Source: Alphaproteobacteria bacterium (lineage in GTDB: Bacteria; Pseudomonadota; Alphaproteobacteria; CAAHEQ01; UBA3637). Taken from it: DNA of 64,000 nucleotides. The notes below the pieces were generated by a model. It made no database searches, had not been told where the DNA came from, and saw nothing but the letters and a program-made list of their open reading frames with translations. Location of the stretch: positions 1 through 64,000 of the forward strand of contig JAZUQR010000026.1 in assembly GCA_045605805.1 (NCBI GenBank). Reading direction: 5' to 3'. Of the stretch, positions 58,857-64,000 are shown piece by piece; the first letter of the stretch is position 1; the number at the start of each line of letters is the position of its first letter. The translations under genes and the position numbers were made by a program.

Positions 58857-59814
58857 TTAATCTTTGACGGGTGGAAAACCGAACAGTTTTCTTTGTTCGG
58901 GCCAACTGGCCGGGATAGAGGCCCTCAATAATTCTCGGGCGGTCATAGTTTTGGGTTGAGCTCCCCGTAAAATGGCATCAATAATATCCGGTGCCAAAAA
59001 GGTAAGCCGAATTTGCGCCCCGATATAGGCCGGATCCTGATGATATACTTCGGCCAGTTCATGCAGGTTTAAGTTCTTGGCTTCCTAGGTTTCACGATAA
59101 GTAAAACCGTTGGCCAAAATCTTAATGAGATAGCGGTCTTCTTTCTTGGATGGCTTTTCACCTGAGGTCAAATACAGCATATCCGACACCGTTTCGGGCA
59201 AATGAATCTCTTTGCTCCCACGATGTGTAATCAGGTTAAAGGGAACCGTTGATTCCATCAGTTCCGGTTTTAATTCATTGGGTTTCAAACTGGCTTTCAG
59301 GCGTTTGTCCATCAGGTGAAGGGCCAAAGGTTTCCAGACCACAATAATTTTATCGGCAAAAATCGTTACCCCGTGAACCAGCAGGCTGACTATTTTTTCC
59401 TTTTGCGTGCCGGTCAGTTGTTGAAAGACAGAGTCAGTTTCACGCATGGCATAAAAGACTTCGCTTTCTTTTAAGTCCGGTTGCACTTGGCAGGCTTCCT
59501 GAGCCAGCGCCTGTAAAACATACGGGGATTTAATCAGTGGATTGAGCAAGTCCATCACCAAATTATCCAACAAGTGCATGGGGATGGCATTCAGCCGACA
59601 TGAATGAGGTCCGTATTTTTTGTGTATTTGATTTGAATAGGTTTTGGGCGGATTCAAATGTTTCTTTATCAATAATCGCTTGATGTTGGCCCGGGAAAGA
59701 AGTCCCTTTATGCGTAATCTCACCGATATAAACACGATTATTAAGCATACTCCTTAAAAAGGTCCAGCCGGGAACTTTTCCCCGAAAAGTGCAATTTTCC
59801 CGTAAAAGGCGCAA
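58857..59814 (-). pseudogene. Large serine recombinase remnant (5' part lost, frameshift, internal TAG)
   Basis: L.NRVYIGEI.HKG..FPGQH.AII; after TAG at 59085 the frame continues RLTFLAPDIIDAILRG.QP...W.EQ to a stop at 58857. Confidence 0.8.
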
Positions 59815-60000
59815 AGTTATCGCTTTTTATGGATTACCTAGCAAAGAAAGTTTTGGTTGGTTCATCTGCTTAAATAGCACTTTTGCTTTCTTTTCCCAAA
59901 AAACACAGATGAATTGTGGTAAATGGGCATTTTCACATTGAGCCTAAAATGCATCACAAGAGCTTTTGTAACGGGCTTATCATTCCCCTGTTTCAAATAT

Positions 60001-60042
60001 GAAAAAAGCCCGTTTCAAACGGGCTGAATCTTAAATTGGTGG
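60001..60042. repeat. att-like 42-bp direct repeat, tRNA-proximal copy (contains the tRNA-Ala terminator hairpin)
   Basis: Identical to 40692-40733; AGCCCGTTT-C-AAACGGGCT hairpin with T-tract on the minus strand. Confidence 0.92.
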
Positions 60043-60112
60043 AGATAAGGGGAATCGAACCCCTGACCTACGCATTGCGAACGCGTCGCTCTACCAACTG
60101 AGCTATATCCCC
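60037..60112 (-). tRNA. tRNA-Ala(CGC)
   Basis: Reverse complement GGGGATATAGCTCAG...ACGCG-TTCGCAA-TGCGT...TCTCCACCA; G3:U70 pair. Confidence 0.95.
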
Positions 60113-60159
60113 AAGCGAATGCAAGCATTATAGCATTTTCAAAATCCGCTGTCAAGCGT

Positions 60160-61134
60160 TTATTTCACGGGAACCCAAACCGTGTCGGCAAGTTTGTCGG
60201 CATCAGCAATGAGCATAATCAAACGATCAACCCCCAAAGCATTGCCACTGGCTTCGGGCATGCCCAATTCTAAGGCAGACAAAAAGTCTTCATCCATCGG
60301 ATCTTCCCATCCGTACAGGCGTTTGCGTTCGGCATAATTGGCCACAAAACGTTCTCGTTGTTCAACAGGATCAGTCAGTTCAGAAAAAGCGTTGCACAGT
60401 TCGACACCGCACACATAAGCCTCAAACCGTTCACACACTTTGGGATTGTCTGGCTTTTTGCGTGCCAAAGCCCCAAGCTGGGTGGGATATTCGCATAACA
60501 GAGTGGGGCGTTCGTCCCCCAAATGATCTTCCACTTTATTCAACATAATCCGAAAAAACACATCTTCCCATGTGTCATTTTCACCACAAAAAATGCCTTG
60601 TGCTTCGGCCTCTTTTTTCAAATCATCAGCCCATAAATTGACATTGGCATAACGCTGAAAAGCCTCCTCAACGGTTAAAACTTCCCATTCTAAAAAGGGA
60701 TTGGCACTGCGCCCATTATGCTTTAATTCTGTCACCCCGCAGGCAGTACAGCACGCCCGCACCAACGAAATGGTGTCGGCCATCATGGCATGATAATCGG
60801 TGTCGGTGCGATACCATTCCAACATCAAAAACTCGGGGGCGTGCGTGTCGGAAACAGGCTCGTCACGATAGGCGTGACATAAAGTATAAATAGCCTTTTC
60901 ACCAGCGACTAACAATTTTTTCATGGCCAGTTCGGGGCTTGTGTGCAGATACATATCGCCTGTTTGAAAACATTTCAAGTGTACCTCATCACTTGGGGCA
61001 GGTTGCAGGGCAGGGACATCTACTTCATTTAATCCCACCGAATCAAAGTGTGCACGAATTGTTTTAATCACTTGTCGGCGTATGTTCCGATAAGTTGTGT
61101 TTTTTAAGTATAAATCAGGTTTCCACCATTTCAT
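60160..61134 (-). CDS. epmA: EF-P lysine aminoacylase EpmA/GenX
   Basis: LHTSPE..MKKLL, H.PEF.MLEWYR, ERFE.Y..GVEL.NAF.EL, ALGVDRL. Confidence 0.93.
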   Translation of the reverse strand: MKWWKPDLYLKNTTYRNIRRQVIKTIRAHFDSVGLNEVDVPALQPAPSDEVHLKCFQTGDMYLHTSPELAMKKLLVAGEKAIYTLCHAYRDEPVSDTHAPEFLMLEWYRTDTDYHAMMADTISLVRACCTACGVTELKHNGRSANPFLEWEVLTVEEAFQRYANVNLWADDLKKEAEAQGIFCGENDTWEDVFFRIMLNKVEDHLGDERPTLLCEYPTQLGALARKKPDNPKVCERFEAYVCGVELCNAFSELTDPVEQRERFVANYAERKRLYGWEDPMDEDFLSALELGMPEASGNALGVDRLIMLIADADKLADTVWVPVK

Positions 61135-61201
61135 CTTGACTTTCCTTTCTGATTTTAGTATACTACATTTATTCAATTTTTTCAAGGAAAGGATTTAAAA
61201 T

Positions 61202-61768
61202 ATGAAACAACAAGCAAACCAAATGCGCCCAGGGTGGGTCATTGACTTTAATGGCAAACAATATCTGGTCACAAAAATCAATATCATCACACCGGGAAAA
61301 GGCGGTGCTTTTATCCAAGTTGAAATGCGTGATGTGAAAACCGGTTTGAAAACCGAACAGCGTTGGCGCACAGCGGATACTGTTGAAAAATTGATGAGTG
61401 AAGAGTTTGATTGCACATATCTGTATCGTGAGGGCGATAATTTGTGTTTTATGAATGCTGAAAACTATGAACAATTTGAAATTCCTGCCGAAATGTTGGG
61501 TGAAAAAGCCTTGTTCTTGCAAGATAATATGGCTGTCACAGTGAACTTTATTGAAGGCAAACCTGTGTCTGTGAATTTGCCAATGCATGTGACATTGACA
61601 ATTGTTGAAACAGAACCCTGTATCAAAGGGGCAACGGTGACAACCTCTTTCAAATCGGCTGTGTTGGAAAACGGTATTCGGACAACAGTGCCACCCTTTA
61701 TTGCACAAGGTGAAAGAATTGTGGTGTCCACAGAAGATAATTCTTATGTAGAACGGGCCAAAAACTAG
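61202..61768 (+). CDS. efp: Elongation factor P
   Basis: PGKGGAF loop; VPPFI..GE.I.V.T....YVER. Confidence 0.96.
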   Translation: MKQQANQMRPGWVIDFNGKQYLVTKINIITPGKGGAFIQVEMRDVKTGLKTEQRWRTADTVEKLMSEEFDCTYLYREGDNLCFMNAENYEQFEIPAEMLGEKALFLQDNMAVTVNFIEGKPVSVNLPMHVTLTIVETEPCIKGATVTTSFKSAVLENGIRTTVPPFIAQGERIVVSTEDNSYVERAKN

Positions 61769-62337
61769 GCTTTGCCGGCCTCGCTGATAAGCAGGTTCGC
61801 ATCAATTCCCAAAGTGGCAAGGGCTTCTTGCCACTTTTTGTTATCGGGAGTGTGAAAAATTAAATCCAAATGAAGCGGGGCTAAAATCCACATATTACCC
61901 ATCAATTCTTCCTCCAATTGGCCTCGTTCCCAAACAGACTTGCCCACAAACACGATAAAGTCTTTTGGGCCGGTCCCCTCTGAAATGTCATCTAAAACCT
62001 GTTGTGTTTCGGTCAATAATAAATGATGGCACAGGTCTTGCGAATCCAAAGCATGATAATCATCCGTATGTAAAACAGCACCATGTCCCAAATCAACAGG
62101 GCCACCCTGATAAATGTGAAAATCATCCCCCAAATAAGCAATATCCCTGTTCTTAAACACTTCTTTTGGCGTTAAATGCGTTAAAGGGTGATTCAAAACA
62201 AAACCTGTGGCGCCATCTTGTTCGGTGTGTTTTGTGATTAAAATAACGGATTTGTTAAAAAACTGTCCTGCCTCGTTTTGGGCAGAAATAATCAATTGAC
62301 CTTGTAAAGATTGAAAAGGGGGGAGAGTCCTAACCAT
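61765..62337 (-). CDS. YqgE/AlgH family protein
   Basis: F..SVIL..H...GATGFVLN; GGPV; W..GQLEEEL. Confidence 0.9.
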   Translation of the reverse strand: MVRTLPPFQSLQGQLIISAQNEAGQFFNKSVILITKHTEQDGATGFVLNHPLTHLTPKEVFKNRDIAYLGDDFHIYQGGPVDLGHGAVLHTDDYHALDSQDLCHHLLLTETQQVLDDISEGTGPKDFIVFVGKSVWERGQLEEELMGNMWILAPLHLDLIFHTPDNKKWQEALATLGIDANLLISEAGKA

Positions 62338-62683
62338 TTCCTTCGTCTTCAAAGTTTTCCATAATATCATTCAAGTCTGGATCATTTGGATTCAAATCGC
62401 CATCTTCTTCCAAAATATCCAATTCTTGTGGTTCATCATCTTCATCTGTCAATTGTAAGGAAGTCATATTCAATAAGGCTTCATCATTCAAATCTTCGTC
62501 ATCCAGTTTTGGGGCAGCTTTTCTTGCCATCTTAGCCAAATGTTTTGCCCGAGCCTGTTCATATGTTTCCAAAGTATATTCAACGCCACATTTTGGGCAA
62601 ACAAACTCAGGTTTACCCATATCATAGAAAAAAGCCCCACATTTATGACATTGTCTTTTTAATCCCCACTTTGATTTATCCAT
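62330..62683 (-). CDS. FYDLN acid domain protein
   Basis: WG.KR.C..CGA.FYD.....CPKCG plus acidic tail. Confidence 0.88.
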   Translation of the reverse strand: MDKSKWGLKRQCHKCGAFFYDMGKPEFVCPKCGVEYTLETYEQARAKHLAKMARKAAPKLDDEDLNDEALLNMTSLQLTDEDDEPQELDILEEDGDLNPNDPDLNDIMENFEDEGNG

Positions 62684-62828
62684 ATTCTTCTCCTTTTTTT
62701 CTAAGTGTTTTTCAGACTGTTTTATTGATTTTTTCAAGATTGTCAAGAAAAAAATGTATAAAAGCACTTGTATTGTTAAAAATTATCAGATATCATTGCT
62801 TCCAGCAGAAAAAATACAGGAGATTCTT

Positions 62829-63836
62829 ATGAAAGAAAAAGGAACAATTTATGTTGTCATGCCGGCCTATAATGTGGAACGCTTTTTGGCCACTGCGTTT
62901 GATTCCTTGCTGGCTCAAACATATACAGATTGGGTTTGTTTGTGTATGAATGATGGGTCAAGTGATAAAACATACGAAGTGATGCAAAAATATGCCGCCC
63001 TTGACACAAGAATCAAGATTTACTCGCAAGAAAATCAAGGGCTCACAAAAACAATGAATACATTGCTCAATATGGTAAAAGGGCCATATTTATCTTTTTT
63101 GGATGCAGATGATGCATATCACCCCCAAATGCTGGAAGTGCTGATGAATACGATGGTTTGGGCAAATGCGGATGTTGTTGAATGTGGCGTACGGCGTTTC
63201 GTGGATACAGTTCCCGGCGAATTTTTACAACCGATAGAATCCAGTCAAAATGAAATACAGGTATTGGAAAATATGAATATCTTTTTGACGCATAAAACAT
63301 CGGTTGGAGCATGGATTCCAAAATGGAATAAATTATATGACTTTGATAAAGTAAAAACCATCAGGTTTAGTGAGCAATTATGCCATGAAGACGATTACTT
63401 CTATAATTCATTGGTGCATACGGTTATCAAGAAAAAAGTGCTTGTTCCATATCCGTTTTATTTTTACAGACATAACAGTTCCAGCCTGTGCGGGAATGTC
63501 AATTGGAAACGCTATCAAACTTCCGGTATCAACAGAATCAAATTGAGTTATGATTATTTTATTGCGGGCGGTAAATGTGGTGAAATATATCAAAAGGCCT
63601 TTTTGAATGATTTGTCACAAGATGCGTACAGAATGATTGTCAGAAAGCCCATCAAATGCGAAAAGAACAAAGACACAAGACGACAAATCTATAACAATGC
63701 CAAGACCGCTATGCAAGACTATCTCTCACACGGAATTGTGCAAACACAGTTTCTTAAACCGATGGCTCGTTTTCATATATGGTTGCTGGTTCATAATTGG
63801 TATTATTTAACACTTTTAATGGCTAAATTGAGTTAA
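62829..63836 (+). CDS. Glycosyltransferase family 2
   Basis: PAYN.E, DGSSD, FLDADD and ED motifs. Confidence 0.92.
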   Translation: MKEKGTIYVVMPAYNVERFLATAFDSLLAQTYTDWVCLCMNDGSSDKTYEVMQKYAALDTRIKIYSQENQGLTKTMNTLLNMVKGPYLSFLDADDAYHPQMLEVLMNTMVWANADVVECGVRRFVDTVPGEFLQPIESSQNEIQVLENMNIFLTHKTSVGAWIPKWNKLYDFDKVKTIRFSEQLCHEDDYFYNSLVHTVIKKKVLVPYPFYFYRHNSSSLCGNVNWKRYQTSGINRIKLSYDYFIAGGKCGEIYQKAFLNDLSQDAYRMIVRKPIKCEKNKDTRRQIYNNAKTAMQDYLSHGIVQTQFLKPMARFHIWLLVHNWYYLTLLMAKLS

Positions 63837-64000
63837 CGGCTCAACCATTGTTGTAAAATCACCCGAGCGCTTTCGGCATCCAACACCGCCTTGCGTTTGT
63901 CGGGTCGCATAAAAAGAGCCTCTTTCAAAAACGATTCGGCCCGCAAGGAAGTTTTGGTTTCATCTTGCCAATAAATCGGCAAATGATATTTTTCTTCCAA
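63833..64000 (-). CDS. ruvX: RuvX/YqgF family protein (3' part; runs off the window)
   Basis: Minus-strand translation LPIYWQDETKTSLRAE...RKAVLDAESARVILQQWL*. Confidence 0.8.
   Translation of the reverse strand: MEEKYHLPIYWQDETKTSLRAESFLKEALFMRPDKRKAVLDAESARVILQQWLSR

Larger units (their letters stand above)
40692..60042. mobile_element. Genomic island (~19.3 kb) integrated at the 3' end of tRNA-Ala(CGC)
   Basis: Exact 42-bp terminal repeat that includes the tRNA CCACCA end; serine recombinase remnant next to the tRNA; defence and phage-like genes; AT-rich patches. Confidence 0.85.

Noticed and set aside
41861-59087. Stop-codon reassignment suggested by in-frame TAGs at 41861 and 59085
   Set aside because: TAG ends ordinary genes here (xerC, HAM1-like); another paralog is broken by TGA; frameshifts also occur, so decay explains it

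Overview
Bacterial chromosome segment of moderately low GC. The gene content (FYDLN-acid protein, YqgE, EpmA/EF-P, priA-xerC, VirB6-like genes) points to an alphaproteobacterium, possibly an uncultured host-associated lineage (inference). From left to right: (1) a six-tRNA cluster followed by an AT-rich insertion bounded by a ~70-bp repeat; (2) a divergent metK preceded by a SAM-II-like riboswitch; (3) an RND efflux locus whose permease is fused in frame to its outer-membrane factor; (4) a ~14-kb block of lineage-specific genes (three VirB6-like proteins with CWxC motifs, a candidate secreted substrate, a double-HTH regulator, a secretin-like and a LysM-like protein); (5) housekeeping genes (rimI, tsaB, tRNA-Thr, hisS, xth, priA, xerC, queA); (6) a ~19.3-kb island at tRNA-Ala(CGC) bounded by an exact 42-bp direct repeat; (7) epmA/efp and neighbours. 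The island carries a decayed serine recombinase and replication gene, repeated phage-like cis elements, a type I R-M system with three inserted genes, a DpnI-like nuclease, and a tightly coupled Nudix/HAM1/GNAT/MFS/kinase-ASCH operon that is the best candidate for an undescribed system. All family names come from motifs recognised by eye, not from database searches.
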